From Eledone cirrhosa (lineage: Eukaryota), in contig OZ024741.1 in assembly GCA_964016885.1 (NCBI GenBank), positions 346,952,001 to 347,016,000 of the forward strand: 64,000 nucleotides of DNA. The letters are read 5' to 3'. The stretch's first letter is position 1, and each line of letters begins with the position of its first letter. Position numbers and translations under genes: made by a program. Positions 26,811 through 40,970 of the stretch are shown here, in pieces. A model generated the notes under the pieces. The model saw only the letters and a list, made by a program, of their open reading frames with translations. It was not told the origin of the DNA and did no database searches.

Positions 26811-26879
26811 TATACACACACACACGCATACACATACACACACATATATATATATATACGCGCACACGCATGTGTATGT

Positions 26880-27089
<210 letters not shown>

Positions 27090-27587
27090 ATGTGTGCGTA
27101 TAGGTATGCATTTAAATATATGTGTGTGTAAGTGTTTATGTATTTGGTTGTGAGTATGTAAATATATTTTATTTGCATTCTACAAAAACACTCTGGCCAC
27201 CTGTGGCTTGTATGTTAACTTGACCACTCACCTCAGTCTGTGCCATGATTCGGTCTTGTTTACCTTCTATTACCAACCCCCCTAAAAAAATGTCCCTACT
27301 ATATATCTGTTGAATTACTATTCTTGGGGTTTTTATTTATTTTTCTTTATTTATTTTTTTTCTTTATTTATTTATTCATTTATTTATTTATTTATTTACT
27401 TATTTATTTATTTCAAAAAAGCACTCTGGCTAATTGACCACTCCCCAAAGAAAAAACAGCCTGTGCCAGGTTGTGGTCCTGTGTATCTAAATACCATCCT
27501 ACCCCAAACAATCCCCCCCCCCCCCAGCCACCAACCCTCCCTTACCACTACCTAAATGTATAAATACCAGAACTTAATATGACACCC

Positions 27588-27638
27588 AGCTTCCTGAAGA
27601 TTTCGTCTGAATGAAACAGTACTAGTCCTGTAGAAGCT
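27588..27638 (+). ncRNA. Type I hammerhead ribozyme, intact core
   Basis: agcttc CTGAAGA t-ttc-gtct-gaa-t GAAA cag-tactagtc-ctg TA gaagct. Perfect 6-bp stem I, 4-bp stem III, actagt palindrome in loop III, GUA triplet. Confidence 0.88.
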
Positions 27639-28214
27639 CCTTCTATAAAATAAAAAAATAAAAAATAAAAATATATATATATATATGTGTGTGTGCCTGT
27701 GTCTGTGTGTGTATATATATATATATGTCTGGTGGTAACTGATCTGTGCAATGTTTACGAAAAATTTTACATCGTCGAAATATATATAATCCAATAAATA
27801 GAGAAGATATGAAGTATATATCTTTTGTGTATAACTATTGTTATTATTATTATTATATATATATAAATATATACATACCTATGAGATTAAATATACATCA
27901 GCGGAATACACTCTAATGCAAGTATACTTTCATGATTGAGTATGTCTCATGATATTTAACTCGTCTCGGCGAGAGCGAACAAATTTATGTTCACTGCGAT
28001 TCCCTTATTGACAAAGAGTGCAAGAATTCAAATCGATATAACATGACTCGGATAAATAAGTAAAATATATTCACATTGTTATAGAAAGAGAAGATTACAG
28101 ATGTTTACTGAATCGAAGCAGGATTCTTTTCATTTTAAAACAACTTTCTACAGCAAATAGACAAAGGGACATATGCATATGTATACACAGACATATGCAA
28201 ACATATAAACACAC

Positions 28215-28269
<55 letters not shown>

Positions 28270-28456
28270 AGCATGGATAAATATTCAAAAGTGAAGAGAT
28301 AACGAGATTCCTGAAATAACTCAGACAATTTATGTCTTCCGTCGATATAAAATGCTGCAAAACAAATCATCAGACATTATCAAAATAATAGATAGCAAAA
28401 GCATATAGTTGTCCAAGTATTCTAACAATGTATATATATATATATATATCTGTCTG

Positions 28457-28586
<130 letters not shown>

Positions 28587-29075
28587 TGTGTGTGTTTACA
28601 TTCACATGTGTGAGATAGTGTAGACATATAAAATAAGAATTATTGTAAAGTATTGCCATATTTAGGAACAGGTAAATGTAGCAAATGTCCATACAAAATA
28701 ACTAAAGAAGCAATCGAAAAATAAACATCAGAAACATAAAGAATCAAAGAGAAAATAAATTCTGTCCAATCATTTGTTCTATTTGTTATAATATCTTCAG
28801 TCTTCGAATATATATTATGGAGAAACATTGGAAAACTTTGAATATTTTGTCCGTAGATGCGTCCATTAGCTTTAAAAGCGTAGGTTGGATTTTTAGCGAT
28901 TAAATTTTATCTGCAGAGATATTTACTTTCAAGAATACAGTTTCTATATATATTCCGCACATCTAAGAATACATATTAACAATATATAAACACGCTTATG
29001 CAAAGCTATATTCAAACATAGACACACATCTACACATAAATTGATATACACACACGTATATATATATATATACAT

Positions 29076-29190
29076 ATTTGTTTTGCAAGGTTTTTGATAT
29101 GAAATCGTGTGTCGAAATATATATTGTTATACTTGGGGAGGGTCGTATTATTTCTGGGAATATTAAAACAATATGACCCTCCCCAAGTAT
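29076..29190. mobile_element. Micro fold-back of the Nematis-like pLTR end
   Basis: tatacttggggagggtcgtatt / aatatgaccctccccaagtata plus a one-sided tail (29076-29120) related to 57509-57566. Confidence 0.65.
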
Positions 29191-29262
29191 ATATATACAT
29201 AGATATAGATATAATCCATATATGCACAGGCAAAAACACACATATATATATGTGTGTTTGTA

Positions 29263-29303
<41 letters not shown>

Positions 29304-29719
29304 ACTTCATTATACAAACGACCCCAAATAAATACCTAAATAATAGGTATTTATAGTTGTATTAATTATAGTTTAGTTGTAGACCCCGAAATTGACGCAA
29401 TAATTCATATATTAATAATGTTCGTGTTGTTAGCTAAGATATATATTAAGGTGTAGTCTGAAAGACCGAATTGCGTAGGTATAATCAATGCTGTTTGAAA
29501 TCTCACCGTCCTGATATATTTTGAGATATAATGGATCCACTCTTTTATTATATTAATTAGAAATTATTTCCGATTATGTTTTGTTAGGTATCCAGCAGGT
29601 CAAATAATGGCATAGTATTACCTTCCTTATCAAGATAAATTTTCACGTACACGTTTCAGTTCCTGTTTGATGTCAACCCGCTAATCTGTTTGAAAATATA
29701 TCATTGTGCAAAATAGTAA

Positions 29720-31174
29720 TCTCTATATATATAAAATGGAAGATGTCTGTCTGTGTGTGTGTATGCTTTTTATGCATTTCCACATTTCTCTACCGATTTT
29801 GATGATTTTTTTCCAATGTGCTCTAAATTTAACAACGATGTATAAAACGCGTAATAAACTTTGCCAAAAATGTCCTGCTTCTATGAAAAAATCGATAAAA
29901 CTAAATACATGTTGTAACCCTCTCTCTTACACGCTTATTCACTCTTTCTACTACCCAACAGCGACAAAACTTAGTTCAGGAACGCGAGATAAAATTTGAA
30001 AACGAAGCAACACATCATTTTATACAACAACAAACATAGTCATAACGCTCTCTCCGTCGCTCCTCCCTCTCTCTATAATAGATCATTCTCCCTCTCTATA
30101 ATTTAACTGCTTTACTCTCTTCATGCCTTTTAGGTTTAACACACCTCCCTAAAGTTTCTTAGCTTTACTCTCTCCGTCGCTTTTCCCTCTCTCTATAATA
30201 GATTATTCCCCCTCTCTATAATTTAACTGCTTTACTCTCTCTGTTGCTCTTCACTCTCTATATGACAACACTGTTTTACCCACCTACCTTTAGTTTCTTA
30301 GCTTTACTCTCTCCATCGCTCTTCCCTCTCTCTATGATAGATTATTTCCCCTCTCTATAATTTAACTGCTGGGGGAGTCATTGGAGTTCCGTATTGACAT
30401 ACTGCTTTTCTGGGGTATTTGAAATCGGCTTATTGCAAATAACAACCCGCAAAATAACACTTCATATAACAGATTAATGCTATAGACATGAATCGGAATG
30501 TTTAAATTATTTATTTTTTACGACTTTCATTGGTTAAATATTAATATGACAACACCCATAGTGTTGTACTTCTGGCAATTCTGCCGAATACACTGCCAAG
30601 GATGAACCTTTTCCCCTCGGCGTCATATATCCCGTTCGATTCCGGTGATCCCAATTCCCGGTGAGACTATGTTTTGCCATGTCCTTTAACAAATCACAAG
30701 CATTGTCGGTGGCGGGCATCTATTTGGGGAGCCAAGCTTCTTCCATAGCCAACTTTATGTTGCCTGTTCCCGCGTAGGGAGCAGGAATGGACTTTTTGCT
30801 TACACTCCTCAAGGGATGACACGCAATATCGTCTACAAAGAGGTGCTATAGATGTTGGTGCAGGTGTTGGAGGTGTTGGAGCTATGCCGTCTGGAAAACT
30901 ATTTCCTGGTAGGGTCACCCATGGCGGACAGATCTGACACCCAGCGGCATCTGGGCCACCATCTTGCAACTTTGGTCTGCTAAATTCGCTATTGGAAGAT
31001 TATTAACCCATCATTGATTGTCTAAAATACTAATTAGTTCGTAACTTTTAATAACCAGTTCAACTGCTTTATGCACTTAATTGATAAGCTTATTCGCTTT
31101 CAAGCAACGTTTACCTGTATGTAACTGTTATTAGCAAATGAACAAACCCGAGCAACGCCGGACTAAACTGCTAG
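29720..31174 (+). mobile_element. Non-autonomous Helitron
   Basis: A|TC 5' end (tctctatatatataaaa), 3' hairpin ccgagcaacgccgg followed by CTAG|T, and an internal ~120-bp minisatellite at 30045-30370. Confidence 0.8.
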
Positions 31175-32635
31175 TGTTTGATAAATAAGTTAATGTTTGA
31201 TAGTTTATGTGACGTCGGATCAGTTAGGAGAATATTTCGTCTGAATATTTTGTTTAAATAATTCGTCGTCAGCATTATTTCTTTTTGAATTTCTATATTC
31301 CCAAATGTGTTCCCTCACATTGTTAGTCCATTCAGTGTAGTTCAATGAATTCTGAACGCAATTTCAAACAGTTTTCTTCAGCCGCATATGCATATGCTTC
31401 ATTTGTTAGTATTTTCAGGACAACTTAGGCTAATACAATTCTTTTTTCTGAAGACTACGCAATATGTCTTTGCCGAGACTGATATTTCTAGGATCTTAAC
31501 CCAATTTATAACACTTTCCCTGGAATATAATGCATAATTTTCCAAACGAATATAATGCATAATGTTTCAGATGATCTCCAAACCAAGTTCGTTGATGCTT
31601 CCTTATCTGTTAAACATCGATATTTTCACCCTGATGTGACCTGGGAAATCTTAGACATTCATGTAACTCAGAGACATATCACAGCATGCTATGTCTGATC
31701 TCTCGTCCTCTTTTTTAGATGTTTATTGTTGCAAAGTCATATTAGAATGAGTTTCTAGTATTTATGAACAATTATGTTATATTTAGTTTCAATCAAATAA
31801 AGGTGACCAAATCGGTTATATTTTCGGCTGTATAAAATTATAAAAAAAAATTGATAAAGGTTTTGCCTAAATATTGTGTATTCTTTTGTTTTCATAAAGT
31901 TACTGTGAAATGCATGTGAAGTTTCTTAATATTTTTAATTTCATTTTTTATATCACAATTTTGTTCACTGTGTCGAATTGTGTAAACGCAAGCAGCATAA
32001 TGTATGTATACAGGATCCTGATTAGAATCTACTAGGACTCGACTTCCAAATCCAAATTTCAGCGCTTAGAAAGTTCGTGTATAATCGTTTCAAAAATTCA
32101 AAGACGGATAATAGTAGATAATACGACAGGCATAACGACTGGTTTAGGCTGCTATTTGCAGCGTCATTAAATCCCTGTCTTCGTTTTATGCTATACAGGG
32201 GGATATATGTTTATTTAGAGTTTGAATGATGCACACTGTCTGACGCACCATGAGGTTTCCACAATGATATGATCTGCATGATTTATATTAGATATATTCT
32301 CTACTTCCCCCCCCCCCCCACACACACACACACGGACACACGGACACACAGACACACGAAGAAGGAATATTCTTCCAAAATGTGTCGTCTGAATTAATCG
32401 GAATAATTCTTAATTCCAAAAACTGGCTTAATCTATTTGTCTCACTTATATCTGCCCAATCAAAATATTGGTTTAAGTTTTGGGCTAAATATTGTGTATA
32501 ACTTTGTTTCCTTAAAATTACTAAGATTTGCATATGGAGCTTCTTCTTATTTTTCATATTAGTATTTAAATGTTTCATTGAATTGATACTTATCATTGTA
32601 ATTAGATTTATATTAGATATAAATAATTTTCCGAG

Positions 32636-32708
<73 letters not shown>

Positions 32709-32709
<1 letters not shown>

Positions 32710-34398
32710 GTGGGAAAGTAAAAAATCGGAGAATAGACCGTTAAAACATGTTTATTTAAAATATCACCTACGTACGTTTCGCACAGTTGGGCTTCTCAAG
32801 GGCATAAATAATCACAAGTGTTCCTTATATTGCTCGGAAAGAGTTTTTGGGGTTAAATCCACATCAAGGTTCATTGCTCGCAAAAATATCTTGTTTTGAT
32901 TTTGCAGCAGATCAAGGGAGGTAACTCTGGCCGGTGTTAGGGCAGTCTTTCCCGGACAATTTTTTTTTTTTTTTTTTGCCGCATCCGTTTGTCTGAGGCT
33001 GGGTCTGGTATACAAGGATTGTTTCCTGGGTGTTATTTTGCAGCGGCTGCCCGCCGGGGTATTAAGCCTTGTTGCAGGGAGATCCAGTGTACTATTTCAC
33101 CCTTCATCCTTAACCCATTTGAAGAAGGATATTTCTAAGCGATGTGTACAACTTATCGCTGTTTCAGCTCTGCTGTTGATGAGCTCGTGGGGTGCAGTTA
33201 TGATGTGGTAGAGCTCCATGAGGCAAAGATCGCATTTCCTCTTGAAGTTGTACGGTGCAGCCCTGCCGACAATCTTCCAGTGCCTGGAGAAGCTGATGTT
33301 TAAGTCCTTTAGTGATGTGATGTAGTCCGCGAGCGAAGTGGAGTGCCTTAGTTTTCTATTTGTGAAAGAGTGGAGATGTGTTCGAAACCTAATTTTGAAC
33401 GGGCCGGAGGTGGCCCCTATATAAAGTTTAACGCTATTGTGGCTAGTAATAGTGCATCTATATATAACCCTGTCAGTCAAGCAGTATCCTCTAAGGGGGC
33501 AGCGTCCTCTGTCGCGACAGTTGCAATTTCTGTCGCGGTTCCATCTATTTCCCACGGTAAGGCTATCATTGTTGCTGCCTACGTTGTTACCTACGCTACC
33601 GCAGCTGTCGTTTGCACAATTACAACCCACAGCACGCGGGGTGGTGCGATTGTTATTCCGCACGTCATGTTCTGCATGTTCCCCAGTCATTTCGCGGTCA
33701 TTCTGGTTGCGTGTGCGGATGCCGTTGCCAACACTATTGGATGCTGCCAGGGGGTTGTTAAGGCCGACATAGTTATTGTCAGGTGTAGGTGCGTCTGTGT
33801 TGAGGTGCTGTATCTTGTGATCTTACTGTGGTTCGTTGTTCCTATGATGTCTGCTAGGTTAGGAGTAGTAGAGAAGGATATTTTTATATTGTTCCTATTA
33901 AGAATTTTTCTATACCTATGGTTGGGCGGGAAGTTCTTCTCTAAGGCTTCGAAGAACATCCGGGGTATGTTGGAGGCCACACTCCGAGAGTAGGGGGGTG
34001 GGTGGAACCATAGGACGTTACGGTGGCGATTACGTGTCCTTCTACTTTTGCTACGGGTTGTTCCATCTAAGTGACCGCTCTGATGTGTGTTAATGCGCAG
34101 TCACCCGTTCGGTGCCCCTTTCACTTTATGCTCGGGTGCACTCTTTCTATCTCTTCCATGTTTATGTACACGAAGATGTTGGTTGGAAGGCGTTGGTAAT
34201 AGCCCGTCGCCTTTGTTGGTTTTGTAATAGGGGAATAGTTTGAGTAATCTACAGTGTTCACCGCCGCCGGGGACGTGATCTTTGGTGCGGTTATCTATTC
34301 TATTATATCCGACTTCAACGAGGTCGCCGCGTGATCGGTTATAGGTATGGCTTACTATAACGTTAGTTTTATGAGGCGGGTGGTTTACTTTCCCACGT
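32709..34398 (-). mobile_element. 5'-truncated Naiad-like PLE (linker + GIY-YIG, about 33097-34070)
   Basis: NVLWFHPPP, KNFPPNHRYRKILNRNNIKISFS, CNCRDRGRCPLRGYCL, LYIGATSGPFKIRFRTH, CDLCLMELYHI, INSRAE..SCTH. 15-bp inverted match between 32708-32722 and 34384-34398. Confidence 0.88.
32765..32804 (-). ncRNA. U3-A8 variant minimal hammerhead
   Basis: tgccc TTGAGAA gccc-aact-gtgc GAAA cgtacg TA ggtg. Palindromic acgtacgt stem/loop III, GUA triplet. Confidence 0.75.
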
Positions 34399-34555
34399 GC
34401 TTACGCTCTGCTAACTCTCTAGCCCACTAAATATTAACACTTCGAATATTTAATACTGCCGGCACTAGTATCGAGCACCTTTGGCATACGCTACTTGGCA
34501 AATAACTATATGTATCACCTATCCCCCCTTTTTTTTCTCTTTCTCGATACGTAAA

Positions 34556-34602
<47 letters not shown>

Positions 34603-34608
<6 letters not shown>

Positions 34609-37544
34609 TATTGAAGATTGCTTGAAGCATTGTGGAATAATAAGGTAAATTTCTTTAAGTCGTTTGGAAGCCTCGACAATGCAGTTGGGTAAATCTCCGG
34701 GTAACAAGATCCGGTGGTGGAGAGAGAGATGTAAGTGGGTGTACGTTGAGATGCGTGGCGTGTATAAGACTGCAGCGTGTAGAGGAATGAAGGAAAGAGC
34801 GTGAAGGATAAAAATAAAAATAACAACACGAGAAAGAGTTACCTTGGGAGAGATTCATTTCTCCCTATATATTTCGGATTCACATCCATCAACTGGGGGT
34901 TTTTTCAACATCGAGGCCAATTTTTGTCGAGTCGCTTACCAACTTAAATAGGTGACCGCCTTCAACAGCGCCACAGAAAATAACAGCGCCCACGCAATCC
35001 ACCCCAAGTTCCCCACTTACCACCCCGACAACCTACTCCACCACCCCACCCACAACCACGAACTCGACACTAAACTAATCAGGCTAAAACACTCCATCTC
35101 GGATATAGTTCACAAACACACACACACACGCACAACACACAACCTCACCAAATCTCAACTCACCACTCTCTCCAACCTAAAATCGAAGAACCTTATCTAC
35201 CTCCCCTCCAACAAGGGAAAAGTATTCTGCGTCATCAGCAGAGAGGCCTACAACACCTTGGCCCTCCAACACCTTGACGATGACAACCTCTACTCCAAGG
35301 TCACGGGAATCACTCCCGCGCAGATAGAAGAGCACATCAACGCCGCCTGGACCAACATGTGCGACCGGCGGAAGCTCCCGAAGAAGCTGAGATACAACCT
35401 CCTCACGAGGAACAGCAGACTAACCGCCTTCTAGCACCTCGTGAAAACACACAAACAGGGACCCGACCTGAAGATCAGGCCCATTGTATCGAGCGTGGAA
35501 GGACCACTCTACAAAATTTCATGGCTCCTAGCCAGAATAATCAAACCCATCTTAGACACCTTGCCGGGACACGTTAACAGCTCCGAGGAGGTGTTGAAGC
35601 GCCTGCATCAAATGGATCCCGACACCAGAAAGAATAACAGATATGCCTTCAGCCTTGATGTAGTCGCGCTCTACACCTCGGTCCCGGCACTCCAGGTTGT
35701 TAATATACTGATGGAACGCGTCCAATCCACCGACCTACACTGCTTCGGGCTCACCACCACTGACATCCACCAACTCCTATCCATCGTCGTCGACAACACC
35801 TACTTCGGATTCCTTGACCAAACATACAAACAAACCTCGGGAGTGCCCATGGGATCAAGCCTGTCGGGTGTGCTAGCGATCTCTTACATGGACAGCCTCG
35901 AACGCAAGGCACTCAACGCCTACTACCCCACGCCGTCGCCTTTTCTCAAGGTACGTGGACGATATCCTCATCCTCACACCTTCCCAAGACATGGCGAACA
36001 GAATCTATGAGACGTTCAACAACACGGACGAGAACATTGACTTCAGTGTTGAACACCCCAACGACGACGGTGCACTTGCCCTCATCGACTTCCGAATCAA
36101 CATCACGGAATAGGGAGGGATCCACTGCAACATCTACCTAAAGGCAGCCTGCAGGGACCTGTTCGTCCACTACAAGTCCGCCCTCCCTAACAGTGCACAA
36201 AAGAGGATACATCGCGAACGAGATCGCGCGAATCCAAAACAGATGCAGCGATCCCGCGAGTGGTGTCACTCAAACCAAGCGATTCCTCGAGGTGCTGGAG
36301 ACGAACGGGTACCCTACCTCGCTCACAGACAGAGTAGGAGACACCAGACACAAGAGACAGAGAGGCACCCAAGGCAAGTGTTTCTTTAAAATGCCACACC
36401 TGGGCGAGAATACCACCGACGCTATCCGCAAGGCTAAACGGAGGGAGGGCCGCGACATCCACCTGGCCCACTCGGGCTCCTCCCTGCGAAGATGCCTCTC
36501 CAGGAAACCCGGGAAATAAACTGACGTGTGCTCCTTCAGAGACTGCCCGATGCGCCATACGAACTGTTGCCTATGCACATACATCGTGTATCAGATATAA
36601 TGTAACAAGTGCAACCAATACTATATAGGTAGCACCATCCGACCATTGCACATCCGGACAAGGAGCACACTAACACCAGGGCCTCGTCTTTCCGGAAACA
36701 CGTAGCCAAATGCGGAAACAAAGACAGAAGGCCCATTGTCACAATTCTAGCGACAGAAAGAAACGTCAGCACATTACGTATCAAGGAAGCACTTTGGATC
36801 AAACGCCTAGGGCCACAATTAAACAACCGATCCGAGAGAAGCGAAAGGAGGTGGTTGGTTTAAGTTAACAAACGATGCAGCAACACACGCACACACACAC
36901 ACAAGCAACACAGCAACACACACACACACCCACACACACACCCACACACACACACACACACACGGAGTAGCATTTCAACATACGAACATACTACACTGCC
37001 AATACAGAGGAACAAGGTAACAACACACGCACACACACACACACTCAAGCGGGACAACACACGCACACGCACACACACACAGTAACATTCACCAAAGAGG
37101 CAGAGAATACTATGGACTGACAGCTAGCGCCACCCCACTCCCACAATTGAAAGAAGTACTTCGGCCGCTGACCTCTGCCTGACCGACACCATTTCACGCG
37201 CGCGCGCGCTCTGCTGAATACCTCAGATATTCAAAACAACGAACAGCGGAGGACACGTTTCGCACCTTTCCGACAGACAACCACCACCCGGAAAACACCC
37301 AGTTGATGGATGTGAATCCGAAATATATAGGGACAATTAAATTTCTCCCAAGGTAAGTCTTACTCGTGTTGTTATTTTTATTTTTATCCTTCACGCTCTT
37401 TCCTTCATTCCTCTACACGCTGCAGTCTTATACACGCCACGCATCTCAACGTACACCCACTTACATCTCTCTCTCCACCACCGGATCTTGTTACCCGGAG
37501 ATTTACCCATCTGCATTGTCGAGGCATCCAAACGACATAAAACC

Positions 37545-37545
<1 letters not shown>
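34603..37545 (+). mobile_element. Poseidon/Penelope-like PLE with inverted pLTR, in (TA)n
   Basis: 34655-34910 is the reverse complement of 37290-37542, with a one-sided tail at 34603-34655. Confidence 0.88.
34952..36862 (+). pseudogene. PLE RT + GIY-YIG, stops and frameshifts
   Basis: PSNKG, KTHK..KIRPIVS, SLDVVALYTSVP, YKQTSGVPMGSSLSGVLA, RYVDDIL, VHYKSA, NGYP, CNKCNQYYIGSTIRPL, LRIKEALWIK.LGPQLN. Confidence 0.92.
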
Positions 37546-37575
<30 letters not shown>

Positions 37576-37829
37576 CTATTAACGGATGGGAGAGAAAACA
37601 CTCAACACTGACGTGAATAATTCATATTTATTTACATACACACATGTATAATTACATATATACGTACATACATACATACATACATACACACATACATATA
37701 TGTGTATTTGCATGTGTGTGTGTGTAGATATTTAGTCATATATACACATACACACATGCCAAAGTAAGCGGCAATAAAAATGATATATGACAAAATAGGG
37801 TGAAGTACACCTAAAAACGAAAATAAATA

Positions 37830-37950
37830 ATTGTTTTCTACTTTGGGCACAAGGCCAGTTAATATCACAGTGCATTACTGGTACTTTATGCTATCGGTCG
37901 CGTAAGTATGAAACGCAAAGTTAACCTCGCCGGGATTTGAACTCAGACCG
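37830..37950 (-). mobile_element. SINE copy (4419 family)
   Basis: ggcacaaggccag...gtactttat...gcaaagttaacctcgccgggatttgaactc. Confidence 0.7.
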
Positions 37951-38131
37951 AAAATGGGCAGAAACAAATAATGGACGAATCACGCTGACATTGGATACAG
38001 GGATGGAATATTTTCTAGTAACCTGCGTTGGGATGGCTACATTTAAAATTTCAAATGATATATATGTATAATTTTCATTCACTTTCTCTCTCACTCATTA
38101 TCTTTCTATACATTTACCCCCCCCCCCTCGC

Positions 38132-38215
<84 letters not shown>

Positions 38216-38227
38216 TCTCTCTCTCTG

Positions 38228-38263
<36 letters not shown>

Positions 38264-38380
38264 TAAATATGTTTTGAAACAGTGAGCGAGTTTGAAATTA
38301 GAAATAGAAGCTTTTACCGTATTTTTGACTAAAGACATTTTTACCCTGATAGTGGGGTTTAGAACCCTCACAGAAATGGA

Positions 38381-38424
38381 AAAAGATGAGTATTGACGTA
38401 CATGTACGTCAATACTCATCTTTT
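38381..38424. repeat. Perfect 44-bp palindrome ending in TA repeat
   Basis: aaaagatgagtattgacgtaca|tgtacgtcaatactcatctttt. Confidence 0.95.
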
Positions 38425-38789
38425 ATATATATATATAACGCTCAAACAGGAATTGAAACGGGTACGTGAAAATTTATCTTGATAAGGAAGGTAATACTAT
38501 GCCATTATTTGACCTGCTGGATACCTAACAAAATATAATCGGAATAATTTCTAATTAATATAATAAAAGAGTGGGTACATTATATTTATATGCCCTTGCG
38601 GAACAGAGTATCATTAATATCAATATATAAGGGAACAAAGAATCAGAGTTGCATCATATACATTTAAATACATATTACATATGTTTCACTATTGATCAGC
38701 TCGAGGAACGATCTATTAATGATCGAACCTGTCTCTAGAATCGGTAGTTTCTCAGATAAGATTTAATATGTAGACGCAAGTCTATATTA

Positions 38790-38866
<77 letters not shown>

Positions 38867-39397
38867 CAGAGAGAGATAGATCGAGAGAGAAAGAGAGAGA
38901 TAAACAGATAGTTAGATACAAGAAAACACGAACGCCAATGTGTGAGTGCACATGTGCAAGTCTGTGTGTGCGTGGATGTAGGCAATTGAACTTGCATGGA
39001 ATTCGAATGTGGCTTTTAAATGCATTTTATATTTTAAGCGCATTCGGAATGCATTAACTGTTATATGGCAGAGAATATAAAATTGGATAGCTATATTGTG
39101 TACATGAATTCAGTATTACTTCGAGTAGTCGTTTTCTTCTAAAATGATTTTGGACTTTTAATATAATTAATGCTTACCAAATCGAGAGCATCGATAAGAT
39201 TGCAATTCCAGAAATATATATAGATATACATACATACACAATCCTACTCGTACACTTACACAATCATACTCACTCATTTATTCCCACACACACTCACATA
39301 CAAACGCACTCACACACACACATATATATGTATATATAAATATAAATATATAGATACATATACATACATACATACACACACACATATATATATATGT

Positions 39398-39445
<48 letters not shown>

Positions 39446-40614
39446 GAAAGAGAGAAGAGTGAGTGATACAGGGAGAAAAAGAGAGAGATAGTGAATGAGC
39501 GAGATGAGGGTTGGCACGCATGTGTACTTGTGCATGTATGTCTCTGCATGTATATGTGTATGTGTATGCGTATTTACGCATATAAAAGACAGCTTAAAGG
39601 AATATTATCTAAGGTTAATGGATTGTTACCAATGTTGAAGATGGGTCACATTGTCGTTGATCGTTCTAATGACTAAGTGTTAAACACTTGCGTGCTATTT
39701 ATGAAATTTATCAATTTCTATTAGCAAATGTTTCTATTTAAGTCATTAATGTTTCAGAATTGTTGCCAATTTTAGGGCATGATTCAATAAATTCCCCGTT
39801 TAAAGAATAGAATTATATAGGCTCTCGGATCTACAGTACAAATCTAAGATATTGAGAAGTATTAAACATCCAAAAGAGAATAGAGCGAGTTTACTGAATG
39901 CTTACGCTGGCACATTACTGCACCAGCTCCAGCAAAATGTGCACCTAATTCAGCCTCCTGCATTGTCTTGTTTACGGCCGCGATGTACTTCTCCGTTTGC
40001 AGAGTGCACTGTGCAGGTTTCCTCGAGAAGATGGGTGTCTCAGTCTTTGCAGCAGTGACTTTCATTGCAGCAGTGCTGTCCCACTCTCTAACGATACTAT
40101 CAATCCAACGCCTTTAATCCGTCATTTTTAGAAACGGGTTTTTCCACTGCGCAGAAATAATTGTAATCTGATAAATATCTGAAAGAGGAACACGATGGTA
40201 CACGTGTCTCTGAAATAACACAACTCATACAACGGGCTAAGATCCCTTCCTACAATGACTGTATATACACTCCCAAATTACACTCGACATTATATGTATA
40301 TATATTATTATGTCACCCCCCCCCCCCCCCCTCCCCACACACACACACTCATATTTATTCTGGCGTTCATGTTTCGGAATGCACTCATCATGCACTCACC
40401 AACCCGAAACATATGAGACAGCACCCTAAGTAATAAATGCTTCTACTTTTGCCACAAGGCCAGAGCACCCTAAGTAACCATGCTGCCATGTAACAATACA
40501 GTCGTATTTGAAATGATAAACAGGCCGTTGAATGCTTGATACAAAAACTACATCGTCGATTACTGATTGAAGTCATCAATAAGAAGATAACGTTGAAACA
40601 AATTCATTCAGACA

Positions 40615-40645
<31 letters not shown>

Positions 40646-40701
40646 CATATATACGCGCACACACACACATGTATATTTATATATATATATGTATACATAT
40701 A

Positions 40702-40970
40702 TATTGTTATGCTTTGGGAGGGTCATGTTGCCAATAAGAAACACACGCACAAGTTGATTTCACTCCAATTTATTATAAATTAAATTATAACTTAAAAAAA
40801 TAAAAAAAATTATTTATTTTTTTTAATTTATAATTTAATTTATAATAAATTGGAGTGAAAGCAACTGGAGAGTGTGTTTCTTATTGGCAACATGACCCTC
40901 CCAAAGTATAACAATATCGGTTTAAACAGACGTTTTCAGATAAAGAATCTTGCTAAACAAATTCAGAATA
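40702..40970. mobile_element. ~105-bp-arm fold-back of the Nematis-like pLTR end with one-sided tail
   Basis: tattgttatgctttgggagggtcatgttgcc... and its reverse complement ending cccaaagtataacaata, then a tail at 40917-40970. TA-rich flanks. Confidence 0.85.

Noticed and set aside
30045-30370. Regular repeats as a possible CRISPR-like array
   Set aside because: Tandem minisatellite units without unique spacers inside a Helitron, in a eukaryotic context.
31340-31385. CTGAAGA aaac-t-gttt GAAA on the minus strand (similar cases near 17030, 28370, 28795 and 31270)
   Set aside because: No stem I in register; expected by chance in AT-rich DNA.
40176-40229. CTGAAAGA..hairpin..GAAA motif
   Set aside because: Core insertion, no stem III and only a 3-bp stem I.
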